This document shows, one piece after another, positions 10,214 to 21,839 of a DNA stretch of 32,000 nt. The DNA comes from Mycobacterium leprae TN (lineage in GTDB: Bacteria; Actinomycetota; Actinomycetes; Mycobacteriales; Mycobacteriaceae): assembly GCF_000195855.1 (NCBI RefSeq), contig NC_002677.1, positions 690,001 to 722,000 on the forward strand, given 5' to 3'. The notes beneath the pieces were generated by a model. That model did no database searches and was not told where the DNA came from. It saw only the letters and a program-made list of their open reading frames with translations. Position numbers and translations under genes: made by a program. Position 1 is the stretch's first letter, and each line of letters starts with the position of its first letter.

Positions 10214-13018
10214 ATGGTTGAGTTTTCCGATGCTATACTGGAACCGATCGGTGCTGTCCAGCGGACTCGAGTCGGTCGCGAGGCGACTGAACCTATGCGG
10301 GCCGACATCAGGCTATTGGGTACCATTCTTGGTGATACTCTGCGTGAGCAGAACGGTGATGAGGTATTCGATCTCGTCGAACGAGTCCGGGTCGAGTCGT
10401 TCCGGGTGCGGCGTTCTGAGATTGATCGGGCCGATATGGCGCGTATGTTCTCTGGTCTCGACATTCACCTGGCCATCCCGATCATCCGGGCGTTTAGCCA
10501 TTTCGCATTGTTGGCCAACGTTGCCGAGGACATCCACCGGGAGCGTCGGCGCCATATTCACCTCGACGCCGGCGAGCCACTGCGGGATAGCAGTTTAGCG
10601 GCCACTTACGCGAAACTTGATCTGGCAAAACTAGATTCGGCCACCGTGGCAGATGCCCTTACTGGTGCAGTGGTCTCGCCGGTGATTACTGCGCATCCCA
10701 CCGAGACCCGTCGGCGTACCGTATTTGTTACCCAACGCCGGATTACCGAGTTGATGCGGCTGCACGCGGAGGGACACACCGAAACCGCCGATGGCCGCAG
10801 CATTGAGCGTGAATTGCGCCGTCAAATTCTCACGCTGTGGCAGACGGCATTGATTCGGTTGGCGCGATTGCAGATCTCCGACGAGATCGACGTAGGGCTG
10901 CGATATTACTCTGCCGCGCTTTTCCATGTGATTCCGCAGGTGAATTCCGAGGTGCGCAACGCGTTGCGTGCCCGGTGGCCCGACGCCGAGCTGCTGTCCG
11001 GCCCTATACTGCAACCCGGATCGTGGATCGGTGGTGACCGGGACGGAAACCCGAACGTGACTGCCGACGTGGTGCGGCGAGCGACCGGCAGCGCTGCCTA
11101 CACCGTGGTGGCGCACTATTTGGCTGAACTCACCCACCTCGAGCAGGAGCTGTCGATGTCGGCGCGACTGATAACCGTCACCCCTGAGCTGGCCACGCTG
11201 GCCGCTAGCTGTCAGGACGCGGCCTGTGCCGACGAGCCGTACCGGCGGGCATTGCGGGTGATCCGCGGTCGATTGTCCTCGACTGCCGCCCACATCCTGG
11301 ATCAGCAGCCACCCAACCAGCTTGGTCTGGGTTTGCCACCGTATTCGACGCCAGCCGAACTATGTGCCGATCTGGACACCATCGAAGCCTCCCTGTGCAC
11401 GCACGGCGCCGCGTTGTTAGCCGACGATCGGTTGGCGCTGTTGCGAGAAGGTGTTGGAGTCTTTGGGTTTCACTTGTGCGGTCTGGATATGCGGCAAAAT
11501 TCCGACGTGCACGAAGAGGTGGTCGCTGAGCTGTTGGCGTGGGCCGGGATGCACCAGGACTACAGTTCGTTGCCCGAAGATCAAAGAGTCAAGCTGCTGG
11601 TGGCCGAACTCGGTAACCGCCGCCCGTTGGTCGGGGATCGTGCGCAATTATCCGATTTGGCGCGCGGCGAGCTGGCCGTTCTTGCGGCCGCTGCCCACGC
11701 CGTTGAGCTCTACGGATCGGCCGCGGTGCCCAACTACATCATCTCGATGTGTCAGTCTGTGTCGGATGTCCTGGAGGTCGCGATCCTCTTGAAGGAGACT
11801 GGCCTGTTAGACGCCTCCGGGTCGCAGCCGTACTGTCCGGTGGGCATCTCGCCGCTGTTCGAGACGATCGACGATCTGCACAACGGGGCGGCCATTCTGC
11901 ACGCGATGCTGGAACTTCCGCTATATCGAACGCTGGTGGCTGCTCGCGGTAACTGGCAGGAAGTGATGCTCGGCTACTCCGATTCCAACAAAGATGGCGG
12001 CTATCTGGCCGCCAACTGGGCGGTTTACCGCGCCGAGCTCGCTCTGGTAGACGTGGCCCGCAAAACCGGAATCCGTTTGCGACTTTTCCATGGTCGTGGC
12101 GGCACTGTCGGACGTGGCGGCGGTCCTAGCTATCAAGCTATTCTGGCGCAACCCCCGGGGGCGGTAAACGGCTCGTTGCGTCTCACCGAGCAAGGCGAGG
12201 TCATAGCCGCCAAATACGCCGAACCGCAAATAGCACGACGAAACCTAGAGAGTTTGGTGGCCGCGACCCTAGAATCAACTCTCTTGGATGTTGAAGGCTT
12301 AGGCGATGCGGCTGAATCTGCTTACGCCATACTCGATGAAGTAGCCGGCCTCGCGCGGCGATCCTACGCTGAATTAGTCAACACACCGGGTTTCGTTGAC
12401 TATTTCCAAGCTTCCACGCCGGTCAGCGAGATCGGATCGTTGAACATTGGCAACCGACCGACATCACGTAAGCCTACCACGTCGATCGCGGATCTTCGTG
12501 CTATTCCGTGGGTACTGGCATGGAGCCAATCGCGAGTCATGCTCCCAGGTTGGTATGGCACCGGATCGGCGTTTCAGCAGTGGGTTGCGGCTGGACCCGA
12601 AAGTGAATCACAGCGGGTAGAAATGCTGCATGACCTCTATCAGCGTTGGCCGTTCTTTCGAAGTGTGCTGTCGAACATGGCGCAGGTACTGGCCAAAAGT
12701 GATCTGGGCCTGGCGGCCCGCTATGCTGAGCTGGTGGTCGACGAAGCCTTGCGGCGCAGAGTGTTTGACAAGATCGCCGACGAGCATCGGCGAACCATTG
12801 CCATCCACAAGCTCATTACGGGTCATGACGATCTGCTTGCTGACAACCCGGCTCTGGCGCGTTCGGTGTTCAACCGCTTCCCGTATCTGGAGCCGTTAAA
12901 CCACCTTCAGGTGGAGCTATTGCGCCGCTACCGCTCGGGTCACGACGACGAAATGGTGCAACGCGGCATCCTTTTGACAATGAACGGATTGGCCAGCGCG
13001 CTACGTAACAGCGGCTAA
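10214..13018 (+). CDS. ppc: Phosphoenolpyruvate carboxylase
   Basis: PEPC signatures are '[13 protein letters not shown]', '[11 protein letters not shown]', '[14 protein letters not shown]' and the C-terminal '...ALRNSG'. The ORF has 934 codons. Similarity to other PEPCs begins near 'MRADIRLLG', so ATG 10295 is an alternative start. Confidence 0.93.
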   Translation: MVEFSDAILEPIGAVQRTRVGREATEPMRADIRLLGTILGDTLREQNGDEVFDLVERVRVESFRVRRSEIDRADMARMFSGLDIHLAIPIIRAFSHFALLANVAEDIHRERRRHIHLDAGEPLRDSSLAATYAKLDLAKLDSATVADALTGAVVSPVITAHPTETRRRTVFVTQRRITELMRLHAEGHTETADGRSIERELRRQILTLWQTALIRLARLQISDEIDVGLRYYSAALFHVIPQVNSEVRNALRARWPDAELLSGPILQPGSWIGGDRDGNPNVTADVVRRATGSAAYTVVAHYLAELTHLEQELSMSARLITVTPELATLAASCQDAACADEPYRRALRVIRGRLSSTAAHILDQQPPNQLGLGLPPYSTPAELCADLDTIEASLCTHGAALLADDRLALLREGVGVFGFHLCGLDMRQNSDVHEEVVAELLAWAGMHQDYSSLPEDQRVKLLVAELGNRRPLVGDRAQLSDLARGELAVLAAAAHAVELYGSAAVPNYIISMCQSVSDVLEVAILLKETGLLDASGSQPYCPVGISPLFETIDDLHNGAAILHAMLELPLYRTLVAARGNWQEVMLGYSDSNKDGGYLAANWAVYRAELALVDVARKTGIRLRLFHGRGGTVGRGGGPSYQAILAQPPGAVNGSLRLTEQGEVIAAKYAEPQIARRNLESLVAATLESTLLDVEGLGDAAESAYAILDEVAGLARRSYAELVNTPGFVDYFQASTPVSEIGSLNIGNRPTSRKPTTSIADLRAIPWVLAWSQSRVMLPGWYGTGSAFQQWVAAGPESESQRVEMLHDLYQRWPFFRSVLSNMAQVLAKSDLGLAARYAELVVDEALRRRVFDKIADEHRRTIAIHKLITGHDDLLADNPALARSVFNRFPYLEPLNHLQVELLRRYRSGHDDEMVQRGILLTMNGLASALRNSG

Positions 13019-13241
13019 CCCGGGGCGAGGCTCGGGATCGGGGGGAGGCGACATCATCAGGCCTCGGATAGCTGGCTGTGCTATTTGCATTGCATGGTCC
13101 GATTTCGGAGCCTATCTAGCACACCACGGACCGGCGTATTCGGTGGCTGATAACCGCGACAGCATCATCTCTGTAGATAATCGCCTTCGCTCCAGTCTGC
13201 TGCGCACGGTTCTGTCAGCCATGAAGGTCATTATGACGCCA

Positions 13242-13985
13242 CTAGCCAGGAATCTTGGCTGCGGCTTCTTCGTCCAGCAGCCAGAGTGTGGTTTCAAGCC
13301 CGACAGCTCCGGCGGCCGGTATTGAGGCAGAGGGAGCGCCACCCATGGCGGCTGCCACTGCGTCGGCCTTTGCCGTCCCGGAAACCATCAGCCATACCTC
13401 ACGAGAACGTTGAATGGCATTAAGTGTCAAGGTGATTCGTTCTGGAGGTGGTTTTGGAGAGTTCCTGACTCCGACCACCATACGACTGGTCTCGCGCACA
13501 GCTACGGTATTTGGGAACAGCGAATTGATGTGTCCTTCGGGTCCCATGCCCATCAGGTGCACATCAAAATTCGGGGTGGGATAACCGGGTGCGGCGTAGG
13601 CAGCCAGCAGCTGTTCGTAAGCTAGTGCCGCTGCTTCTAGATCGTTGCCGAATTCACCGTCGCCCGCAGGCATCGGGTGCACCTGGCTGGGCGGGATGTC
13701 TATGTGATCGAGCAACGCTACACGTGCCTGTTTCTCGTTGCGCTCGTCGTCGTCTTTGGGTACGTAGCGCTCGTCGCCCCAGAATAGATGCACCCTAGAC
13801 CAATCGATCTGCTGTCCACGTGTAGCTAAATCCCGCAGTAGTCCAATGCCGCTGCTACCACCGGTCAGCACAATCAGTGCCCTTTCTCTGGCAGCCACGG
13901 CGGATTGGATGGTGCTGGCAAGTCGTTTTCCGGCGGCTCCGACCATGGTCTTGCTGTCTGAAAAGATCTCTACACTGGCGCTCAC
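13242..13985 (-). CDS. devB: 6-phosphogluconolactonase
   Basis: The product is 247 aa, with 'VLTGGSSG' and '[11 protein letters not shown]' signatures. The GTG start at 13985 overlaps the ancestral opcA stop (GTGA). Confidence 0.9.
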   Translation of the reverse strand: MSASVEIFSDSKTMVGAAGKRLASTIQSAVAARERALIVLTGGSSGIGLLRDLATRGQQIDWSRVHLFWGDERYVPKDDDERNEKQARVALLDHIDIPPSQVHPMPAGDGEFGNDLEAAALAYEQLLAAYAAPGYPTPNFDVHLMGMGPEGHINSLFPNTVAVRETSRMVVGVRNSPKPPPERITLTLNAIQRSREVWLMVSGTAKADAVAAAMGGAPSASIPAAGAVGLETTLWLLDEEAAAKIPG

Positions 13986-14880
13986 AGGTACTGAACCTTT
14001 TCAATGCCTTCGAAGGCATTGAAGTAGAACTTGTCGGGATCCAGTCGTCGCAGATTTTCGGCTAGGAACTCCTCGGCTTCCCTGCGCGCCCCAGGGAACT
14101 AGTGCATCTGGTTTCACGGTTCGGATCAGGGTAGAGGTCACCCAAGTCTGAGGTCGGCTTAAGACGATGGTTTCGCTATTGCGTATCAGTTCGACCTTCA
14201 GATCGGCGACCGCTCGGCGCAACGGTCTGTTGATCCGGTTGGCTAACCAGCCGGCCAGAACGTCGAGCGCGGGTTCGGTCTTCATGCCGGAAACCAGTGC
14301 CAAATCGATCGGCTCGTGAGGTGGCAGGTTGACCGCGGAGGTCAGCAGAGCACGCCAATAGGTTATTAGGTCCCATGCCAGGTGGGTGTCGTCGGCGGTG
14401 TAATCGGATAGCCGGCTCTTGATGGTTGCCAGCGGGTCGATACTGTTGGTGGCGTTGGTGATACGCTGAATTGCCAACTTGCCCAGGGAGTCTTGGCCGG
14501 ACATCGTTGGGGCGATGTTCGGCCACCAGGCCACCATCGGGATGTCAGGGAGCAGTATCGAGATAACGACGCTGTGGGCGTAAACAGCAAGAGTTCTAGA
14601 CACCACCACCCCGGCGCCTGTATCGGCACCCACCCACAGTTGTGCATCCAAGCGCGCTTTATTCGCGTACGAATTGACCCTCATCGCGATGATGATTCGG
14701 TTGGGATACTTGTGGCTGGCTCCGTTGGCGGCCTCGATAGATTCTTTGAGCATGGCTTTGCTGTACGGCGTGATGACCAGCGTAAGCACTCGACTCATCG
14801 TGATGGCGCCGATCCTTTCGCAGAGCTCGTCTAGTTTCTATATTGACCACTGTGGTGGTGTCGGGAAAATCAACGATCAT
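13982..14880 (-). pseudogene. opcA: opcA (putative glucose-6-phosphate dehydrogenase assembly protein), inactivated by two frameshifts
   Basis: The N-terminus 'MIVDFPDTTTVVNIE' (ATG 14880) is out of frame with the body. A shift near 14835 is needed to read 'LDELCERIGAITMSRVLTLVITPYS...'. The body (ORF 14001-14798) runs about 230 aa in frame. It then shifts at the C4 run 14089-14092. The ancestral C-terminus '[35 protein letters not shown]' is readable only in another frame and ends at TGA 13984-13982. Confidence 0.8.
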
Positions 14881-14911
14881 TTTGTGTTGTTCCTCACCAT
14901 TGCTTCGTTCT

Positions 14912-16455
14912 GCATCGTCGCTGCCATTCCCGGCTAGGGCGCTATAGTATCTCGAAGGATAATTCTGGACCCTAGGTTCCTATATCGGGCAGATCGGGCT
15001 TGCCGTGTGTCCACCCAATCGGCAAGGGCTGGGTCGAGTGTTTCCCAAGCTAAATTCGACCTCCGCATTGACCGGAAACAGGTACGGCCAGCTAAGCAAC
15101 ACATCAAGGATCAGTTGCTCGTCGGTCTCCGGTGTATCCTAGGCGATTGGCGAGTAGTTCGTCGTCCATTCGGCGTCGTTGACTTCCATCGAGCTGTCCG
15201 GGACTTTGGAGTTTAACCGCAAGGTAATCCCTTCGCCGGGCTGTACGTGGATGACCAAAGCGTTGGCGCAGAGCTCGTCGGTATGGTGGCGTTGCAAAGG
15301 ATGATGCGGCCCGCGTTTGAAGACCAGAGCGATTTCGGTCACCCTGTGACCTAGTCGTTTCCCGGCTCGTAGGTACAATAGCACCTTGGCTCAACACCGA
15401 GTATCAACTTCGAGCTTGATAGCGGCGAAGCTCTGGGTGTTGGAGTCCGTGGCGAACTCGTCCTCGTCGACCAGCCTGACCACTTTTCGCCGCCTTGCCA
15501 GCCGGCGGCGTATTGGCCGTGGCCGCAGTTGATGGTACCGTTGAACGGGACGGTGAGGTGACCCGCCGACAGCAATTTAATCATTTCAGCTTGCAACCAA
15601 GCTGGATTGAAGCTGACTGGCTTTTCCATCGCGATCAACGTCAGCAGGTGCATCAGATGATTCTGGATGACATCGTGGTCCTCACTAATGCCGTCGTAGT
15701 AACCGGCTCGGTAACTAAGTTCTTATGTCTTCAGCCACGGTGATCTGCACGTGTGCGTTCCAGATAGGAATCCACAGTTGATTGGCGAATCGGAGCGCCA
15801 AGATGTTCTGTACCGTTTCTTTGCCCAGGTAGTGGTCGATACCGAAAACAGCTTCTTCCGGGAAGACTGTGTTGCCAGACTTGTTTAGGTCGCGCGCACT
15901 GTCCAGGTCGTGGCCGAAGGGTTGCTCGGTGACAACCCGGCTCCAGCTGTAGGTTTGTGGACGAGCCAATTCAGACTTATGAAGCTGGTCACAGACCACC
16001 GGGAAAGATTTGGGTGGGATCGCCAGTTAGAATTCCTGATTGCCGCTGGTGGTGGGCTTGGTGTCCAGCTTGTCCATGGCATCGGCCAGTCGGGCGAACG
16101 CATCATCATTGTCATAAAGAGCCCGATACGAACCGGAGTCCTTCCTCCAGCTGGCTTCAGTTCGCCTGCAGAAATGCGTCCGGCAGTGCTCTTTGACGGC
16201 GTTGTGGACGACGTCACTGCAATCCTGGGTGCTAAAATCGCGTCATGCGAAGATCTACCATGGAAAACATGGGTGGTGACAGGTTCCGGCTGGCCATATC
16301 GTAAGTTGCTGACATCACTTTAACTTGTGGGACAGGTCGCCGGTGACCCCTAAAATCACCATCGTGCACCGGGTGGCTATTCTGGGTAGCTACCTATTAG
16401 CCTTGTACCGTAGCGGGTTCTGCCATTGAGTTGCAGTGGAGGTACGTGTGGCTAC
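14912..16455 (-). pseudogene. zwf: zwf (NADP-dependent glucose-6-phosphate 1-dehydrogenase), heavily decayed
   Basis: G6PD-like segments lie on different minus-strand frames. Examples are 'LAIPPKSFPVVCDQLHKSELARPQ...FGHDLDSARDLN...IDHYLGKETVQNILALRFAN' (ORF 15715-15999), 'MEKPVSFNP...GQYAAGWQGGEK' (15351-15653) and 'YLRAGKRLGHRVTEIALVF...VIHVQPGEGITLR' (15139-15384). In-frame stops include TAG at 16392-16390 ('KANR*LPRIA'), TAA at 16029-16027 ('NQEF*LAIPP', where orthologues read ...FYLAIPP) and the stop after 'AEDIRT' at 15717-15715. The ends are approximate. Confidence 0.9.
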
Positions 16456-16460
16456 TGGGT

Positions 16461-17588
16461 TCATTTGGCGACGGAGTCCAGCTGTTCCTGAGTTTCCTTG
16501 AGTAGCTCGTTCCAGGATTTCACAAACTTCTGCACGCCCTCATGTTCTAGTACCGCGAACACATCAATCAGATCGACTCCGACCGCCACCAGTGAGTCGA
16601 ACACTTTTTGGGAGGACAAAGTAGTACCGCTGATCGTGTCACCACGGATCACACCGTGATCGGCTACGGCATCAATCGTCGTCTCCGGCATAGTGTTCAC
16701 CGTGTTTGGAGCTACCAGCTCGGTGACGTACAGGGTGTCGGCGTAATCGGGGTTCTTGACACCGGTTGACGCCCACAGCGGGCGCTGTACTTGGGCTCCG
16801 CGGGCCATGAGTGTCTGGTAGCGCTGGCCACCTTCGAAGGCCTTCTGGTAGGCCGCGTAGGCCAATCGGGCGTTGGCGACACCGGCCTGGCCGCGTAGCG
16901 CGAGTGCTTGCTCGGAACCAAGTTTTTCTAGTCGCTTGTCGATTTCGGTGTCCACGCGGGAGACAAAAAACGATGCTACTGAGACTATCTTGGATAGGTC
17001 GCGTCCAGCTTCGGCGGCCTTTTCTATCCCGGCCAGGTAGGCGTCAATTACCTCGCGATGCCGCTGTACAGAGAAAATCAGCGTGACGTTGACCGAAATG
17101 CCTTCCGCTAAAACGGCGGTGATCGCCGGTAGGCCAGCCTTAGTCGCCGGGATCTTGATGAACAAGTTCGGGTGGTCAACTATTCTCCATAGTTCGACGG
17201 CTTGCGCGATAGTCTTGTCGGTGTCATGTGCTAAACGGGGATCGACTTCAATCGAGACTCGGCCATCTTTTCCGTGGGAAGCTTCCCATTCACACGCCAA
17301 CACGTCGCATGCGTGGCGAACATCGTCAGTGGTGACGGTGCGGACGGTGACATCTACGTTGGCGCCGCGCTTGGCCAGCTCGGCAATTTGGGCATCGTAG
17401 GCGTGGCCGTTTGCGAATGCTTTCTGGAAGATGGACGGGTTGGTGGTCACGCCAACGACACTCTTGGTGTCAATCAGCTTCTGTAGGTTGCCTGACTGCA
17501 ACCGGTCTCGCGACAAGTCGTCCAACCAAACGGACACTCCGGCAGCGCTCAATGCGGCGAGGTTGGGGTTCTGAATTTTTGAGGTCAT
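16461..17588 (-). CDS. tal: Transaldolase
   Basis: The product is 375 aa from ATG 17588 ('[24 protein letters not shown]'). Motifs are 'TTNPSIF' and '[11 protein letters not shown]' (Schiff-base Lys). The 95 extra N-terminal residues in the ORF track overlap tkt and are Arg/Cys/Trp-rich, so they are not coding. Confidence 0.93.
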   Translation of the reverse strand: MTSKIQNPNLAALSAAGVSVWLDDLSRDRLQSGNLQKLIDTKSVVGVTTNPSIFQKAFANGHAYDAQIAELAKRGANVDVTVRTVTTDDVRHACDVLACEWEASHGKDGRVSIEVDPRLAHDTDKTIAQAVELWRIVDHPNLFIKIPATKAGLPAITAVLAEGISVNVTLIFSVQRHREVIDAYLAGIEKAAEAGRDLSKIVSVASFFVSRVDTEIDKRLEKLGSEQALALRGQAGVANARLAYAAYQKAFEGGQRYQTLMARGAQVQRPLWASTGVKNPDYADTLYVTELVAPNTVNTMPETTIDAVADHGVIRGDTISGTTLSSQKVFDSLVAVGVDLIDVFAVLEHEGVQKFVKSWNELLKETQEQLDSVAK

Positions 17589-17604
17589 ACAGATCGCCTT
17601 TTTT

Positions 17605-19704
17605 TCAGTTATCCAATACCTGTTCCGCTGCGGCAACCACGGCCTCCGGCGTGAAGCCGTACTCACGGAACAAAGTCTGGTAATCTGCGGATTCGCCGTA
17701 GTGCTCGATGGACACAATCTTGCCGGTGTCTCCGACCAGCTTATGCCAGCATTGCGCGACGCCGGCCTCGACGGCCACCCGTGCCGACACTGACGGGGGC
17801 AACACACTGTCGCGATACTCGTACGGCTGTGACTCGAACCATTCCACACACGGCATCGACACCACCCGCACAATGATGTCTTTATCCGCCAACAACTTCT
17901 GAGCTGCGACAGCGAGTTGGACCTCGGATCCGGTGGCGATCAAAATGACGTCAGGCTCCTTAGCTTCAGAGCTGCCACCATCGCCTAGCACATAGCCGCC
18001 TCGGGCGACGCCTTCGGTGTTGGTGCCTTCCAACACTGGCACACTCTGCCGGGTCAGGATTAGCCCGACCGGACCGCTGTTGGCGCCGCGAGCCAGGATT
18101 GTGCGCCAGGCATATGCCGTTTCGTTGGCATCGGCGGGACGCACCACCGACAATCGAGGGATAGCACGCAACGCTGCGAGGTGTTCGATGGGCTGATGGG
18201 TTGGGCCGTCCTCGCCGAGTCCGACCGAATCGTGCGTCCACACGTAGATCGTGTCAATATCCATCAACGACGCCAGTCGCACCGACGGGCGCATGTAGTC
18301 GGAGAATTGTAGAAATGTACCACCATATGCGCGGGTGGGGCCGTGCAGCACGATGCCGGACAGAATGGCGCCCATCGCGTGTTCGCGAACACCGAAATGC
18401 AAGGTGCGACCATACCAATGTGCGGTGTACTCGTCGGTCGAAATCGACGGCGGCCCAAAGGAATCAACGTCTTTTATGGTGGTGTTGTTGCTGCCCGCTA
18501 GATCGGCCGACCCGCCCCACAACTCCGGGAGTTTCGGTCCTATCGCGGATAGTACCGCACCAGATGCGGCGCGGGTGGCCAATTCCTTGGACCTCGGCTC
18601 CCAGTTCGGCAGGTCAGCATCCCAGCCGTCGGGAAGCTGCTGGGCGAGCAACCGATCCAACAGTGCCTTGCGTTCGGGCTCGCGCTGTGCCCACGCTTCG
18701 AATTCTAGTTGCCAGCGTTCGTGGGCTTCTTTGCCGCGGGCTATCAAGCCGCGGGTGTGGGTGATTACGTCCTCGCGGACTGCAAAGGTCTTGTCGGGAT
18801 CGAACCCAAGGATTCGCTTAGTGGCCGCTACCTCGTCTTCGCCAAGGGCCGCACCGTGCGCTTTGCCGGTGTTTATCAAGGTTGGCGCGGGATAACCGAT
18901 GATGGTGCGCAGTGAGATGAACGACGGCCGGTCGGTGGCGGCTTTCGCGTTGGCGATGGCTTCCTCAATGCCGACGACGTTCTCGCCACCTTCCACCTCT
19001 TGTACGTGCCAGCCGTAGGCGCGGTAGCGTGCGGCGGTGTCCTCGCACAGCGTGATTTTGGTGTCGCCTTCGATCGAGATCTGGTTGTGGTCGTAGAACA
19101 CGATGAGGTTGCCGAGTTGCTGGACTGCGGCCAGGGACGACGCTTCCGATGTCACCCCTTCTTCGATGTCCCCGTCGGAGGCGATCACATAAATGTAATG
19201 GTCGAAAGGGCTGGCTCCCGGTTCAGCGTCGGGGTCGAACAGGCCACGTTCGTAACGTGATGCCATCGCCATCCCGACTGCTGATGCTAGACCCTGGCCG
19301 AGTGGGCCGGTGGTGATCTCAACACCCTTAGTGTGCCGGAACTCTGGATGCCCAGGAGTTGTGGATCCCCAGGTGCGCAGCGATTCGATGTCAGATAGTT
19401 CGAGACCGAAGCCGCCGAGATAGAGTTGTATATATAAGGTCAGGCTGCTATGCCCGGCCGACAGCACGAATCGGTCACGACCCAGCCATGCGGTGTCATT
19501 GGGGTCGTGGCGTAGAGTGCGCTGGAACAAAGTGTAGGCCAGCGGGGCCAAGCTCATCGCCGTCCCCGGGTGCCCGTTGCCAGCTTTTTGGACCGCGTCG
19601 GTAGCCAACACCCTGATGGTGTCGACTGCAGCCGAATCGATCTCGGTCCAGTCATCGGGATGGCGCGGTTGGGTCAGCGTGGAGATCTGGTCGAGTGTGG
19701 TCAC
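17605..19704 (-). CDS. tkt: Transketolase
   Basis: The product is 699 aa. Motifs are '[12 protein letters not shown]', the ThDP motif '[14 protein letters not shown]' and '[19 protein letters not shown]'. Confidence 0.95.
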   Translation of the reverse strand: MTTLDQISTLTQPRHPDDWTEIDSAAVDTIRVLATDAVQKAGNGHPGTAMSLAPLAYTLFQRTLRHDPNDTAWLGRDRFVLSAGHSSLTLYIQLYLGGFGLELSDIESLRTWGSTTPGHPEFRHTKGVEITTGPLGQGLASAVGMAMASRYERGLFDPDAEPGASPFDHYIYVIASDGDIEEGVTSEASSLAAVQQLGNLIVFYDHNQISIEGDTKITLCEDTAARYRAYGWHVQEVEGGENVVGIEEAIANAKAATDRPSFISLRTIIGYPAPTLINTGKAHGAALGEDEVAATKRILGFDPDKTFAVREDVITHTRGLIARGKEAHERWQLEFEAWAQREPERKALLDRLLAQQLPDGWDADLPNWEPRSKELATRAASGAVLSAIGPKLPELWGGSADLAGSNNTTIKDVDSFGPPSISTDEYTAHWYGRTLHFGVREHAMGAILSGIVLHGPTRAYGGTFLQFSDYMRPSVRLASLMDIDTIYVWTHDSVGLGEDGPTHQPIEHLAALRAIPRLSVVRPADANETAYAWRTILARGANSGPVGLILTRQSVPVLEGTNTEGVARGGYVLGDGGSSEAKEPDVILIATGSEVQLAVAAQKLLADKDIIVRVVSMPCVEWFESQPYEYRDSVLPPSVSARVAVEAGVAQCWHKLVGDTGKIVSIEHYGESADYQTLFREYGFTPEAVVAAAEQVLDN

Positions 19705-19966
19705 GAATCAGTCCTTGGGTCAGCTGTTCAGGTCATCAAACTGATTAATCTCACCCTAGTGTGGAAGTGCGGGCCTGTTGCAGGGCCCGGTTTCCAGGTA
19801 CCTACGGTTCGCTGTGGCGCAACTAGCCTGCGTCTGTTCGCGCCCTCTTTGCAATCTGGGAAAAATCTGCGTTGAAAGACCTGTCGGGCTGTTGGCTACG
19901 GGCATGCGGTCTACCATCGTGCGTAGTAGAAGCTGCGCGCTGCTGCGATCTCGAGGAGTTAAGTAC

Positions 19967-20869
19967 GTGAGCGTTCGCGCGCGCTTAGCGCGGAGCCGAG
20001 TGTTGGCATATCTGGCGTTGACCAAGCCGCGCGTCATCGAGCTGCTTTTGGTCACCGCCATACCAGCGATGCTGCTCGCCGACCGCGGTAGCGCTAATCC
20101 GCTGTTGATCCTCAATACGTTACTCGGCGGGATATCGGCTGCCGCAGGTGCCAACACGTTCAACTGTGTTGCCGACGCCGATATCGACAAACTGATGAAG
20201 CGGACTTCCCGGCGGCCGCTGGCGCGGGCCGCGGTGCCCCCCCGAAATGCCTTGGTGCTCGGGCTGGCGTTGACTGCGGGTTCATTCTTCTGGCTGTGGT
20301 GGACTACCAATCTGCTGTCGGGGCTGCTGGCGCTCGCCACCGTCGCGTTCTACGTATTCGTTTACACGCTGTTGCTCAAGCGCCGGACGTCGCAAAACGT
20401 CGTGTGGGGCGGTGCGGCTGGGTGTATGCCGGTGATGATTGGTTGGTCGGCGATCACCGACACTATCGGCTGGCCAGCATTGGCAATGTTTGCCATCATC
20501 TTCTTCTGGACTCCGCCGCACACCTGGGCATTGGCGATGCGCTACAAGGACGACTACAAAGTGGCCAGCGTCCCGATGCTTCCGGCCGTGGCGACCGAGC
20601 GTCACGTCACCAAACAGATATTGATCTATACCTGGCTCACCGCATTGTCTACGCTGGTGTTGGCACTGGCGACGGGGTGGCTGTACATGGCGGTGGCCGT
20701 CGTCGCCGGGGCATGGTTTTTAACGATGGCCCATCAGTTATACGTCGGGGTCTGTGCCGGTGAGCCGGTCAAGCCGCTACGGCTGTTCCTGCAATCAAAC
20801 AACTATCTGGCGGTGGTGTTTTGCGCGTTAGCGGTCGACTCGGTGCTCGCCTTGCCGACACTATTTTGA
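19967..20869 (+). CDS. ctaB: Protoheme IX farnesyltransferase (heme O synthase)
   Basis: UbiA-family motifs are '[21 protein letters not shown]' and '[14 protein letters not shown]', in a polytopic membrane protein. GTG 19967 sits 8 nt after 'gaggag' (19953-19958), and conservation starts there ('VSVRARL...[15 protein letters not shown]'). ATG 19904 and the ORF-track start 19778 are less likely. Confidence 0.88.
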   Translation: MSVRARLARSRVLAYLALTKPRVIELLLVTAIPAMLLADRGSANPLLILNTLLGGISAAAGANTFNCVADADIDKLMKRTSRRPLARAAVPPRNALVLGLALTAGSFFWLWWTTNLLSGLLALATVAFYVFVYTLLLKRRTSQNVVWGGAAGCMPVMIGWSAITDTIGWPALAMFAIIFFWTPPHTWALAMRYKDDYKVASVPMLPAVATERHVTKQILIYTWLTALSTLVLALATGWLYMAVAVVAGAWFLTMAHQLYVGVCAGEPVKPLRLFLQSNNYLAVVFCALAVDSVLALPTLF

Positions 20870-20897
20870 TTTTGATCACCTCTTTGGTGGCTCGAGC

Positions 20898-21810
20898 TTA
20901 AAGCAGCAACTTGACCGAGCCGACGGTCTTGCGGCCTTGCAGATCTTCGTGGGTGCGGGTGGTTTCGGACAGCGGGTAGTGTGTACACCGACCTCGATGG
21001 TGACGGCTCCGCTGCCGATTGCTTCGAACAGTTAGACTGGGTCCGTCAGCTGAACTCCTCGCCGGTTCGGATTAAATTGGCCAGCGTCGGCCGGGTGAGG
21101 TAGAGTGAGCCGGCGGCGTTGAGGTGCTGCGGATCGACAGGCACAGCGGTTCCGCTTGTGTCACGAAAAAGTGCCAGTGTCCCGCGGACAGCCATGTTGG
21201 CGTCAAAGTTGGTTACCTCTAAGCTGGCATAAAACGCTGCCACATTGGGGCACCTTCGGTTGAGTGCCCGAATTTGCTGGCCGAATTGGGCAGCTTCGGG
21301 ACAGTACAGCACCTTGTCGGCGTCAGCCCCGTTGGACAATTGTGCTTTTCCGCATTCGAGACGGTGATCAGCTCCCCCCATCCATATCACCAGCTCCGCA
21401 CCGGGTGCACCGACTTCAGTAAAGAGTGGGCGGCCAGGGCATCTAGTAGTACTACGTTGCCGCCTCAAAATACTCCTCATGGGCACTTTGTCGGTCAAAA
21501 ATGCTGTTAAAGAGAAAGATTCAACCTAGCTTCCGTTAGCCGTGGCGCTAACCACCCGGTCTCCTACGTCGACACCGTTGGTGTCGACGTCCTCGCCAGC
21601 AACAACGGCAGTACCGCATACTTTCGAGCCGAGGATGAACGGCACTGGGCGGATACGTTTTCGTTGAAGGAAATTAGGTGTTGATGAAGTTGTTTATGTC
21701 AATACCTTCGGCCGTGATCAGTAGCTTACCTTGCGTGGGCTGGGCGGCGGCTTGTCGACATAGCGCAGGACTTCAGGGTCGCCAGTTTCGACGATTTCGG
21801 TTGCATGCAT
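20898..21810 (-). pseudogene. qor: qor (NADPH:quinone oxidoreductase, zinc-type ADH family), decayed
   Basis: The minus-strand reading 'MHATEIVETGDPEVLRYVDKPPPSPRKVSY*' (ATG 21810) hits a stop. '...PFILGSKVCGTAVVAGEDV...GDRVVSATANGS*' follows in another frame. ORF 21046-21498 carries 'MAVRGTLALF...VDPQHLNAAGSLYLTRPTLANLIRTGEEFS*'. The ancestral C-terminus 'HYPLSETTRTHEDLQGRKTVGSVKLLL*' is readable only in a further frame and ends at 20898. Confidence 0.8.
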
Positions 21811-21839
21811 GTGGCTTATCCATGCCCGGGCATGAAGAT

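Noticed and set aside
13019-13241. Search for intrinsic terminators between the convergent ppc and devB genes, and after tpi ('gccc-tcg-gggc' at 7948-7958).
   Set aside because: Only 4-6 bp stems with long loops or no U-tract were found, which is too weak to annotate.
17589-17873. 95-codon N-terminal extension of the tal ORF (470 aa in the ORF track), overlapping the 3' end of tkt.
   Set aside because: The extension is Cys/Arg/Trp-rich and non-homologous. Conservation starts at '[13 protein letters not shown]' (ATG 17588), which gives the expected ~375-aa transaldolase.
19770-19789. GC-rich hairpin 'cgggcc-tgttgcag-ggcccg' followed by 'gttt' between tkt and ctaB.
   Set aside because: It sits between divergent gene starts, where no terminator is expected. 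It has only a 6-bp stem and no real T-tract, so it is speculative as a 5'-UTR structure.
19778-19966. Upstream extensions of ORF-track starts: ctaB from 19778, gap from TTG 4865, the L,D-transpeptidase from 4552, and the permease from 25130.
   Set aside because: In each case conservation, a signal peptide or an SD-like sequence supports a downstream start. The extensions are low-complexity or overlap a neighbouring gene.
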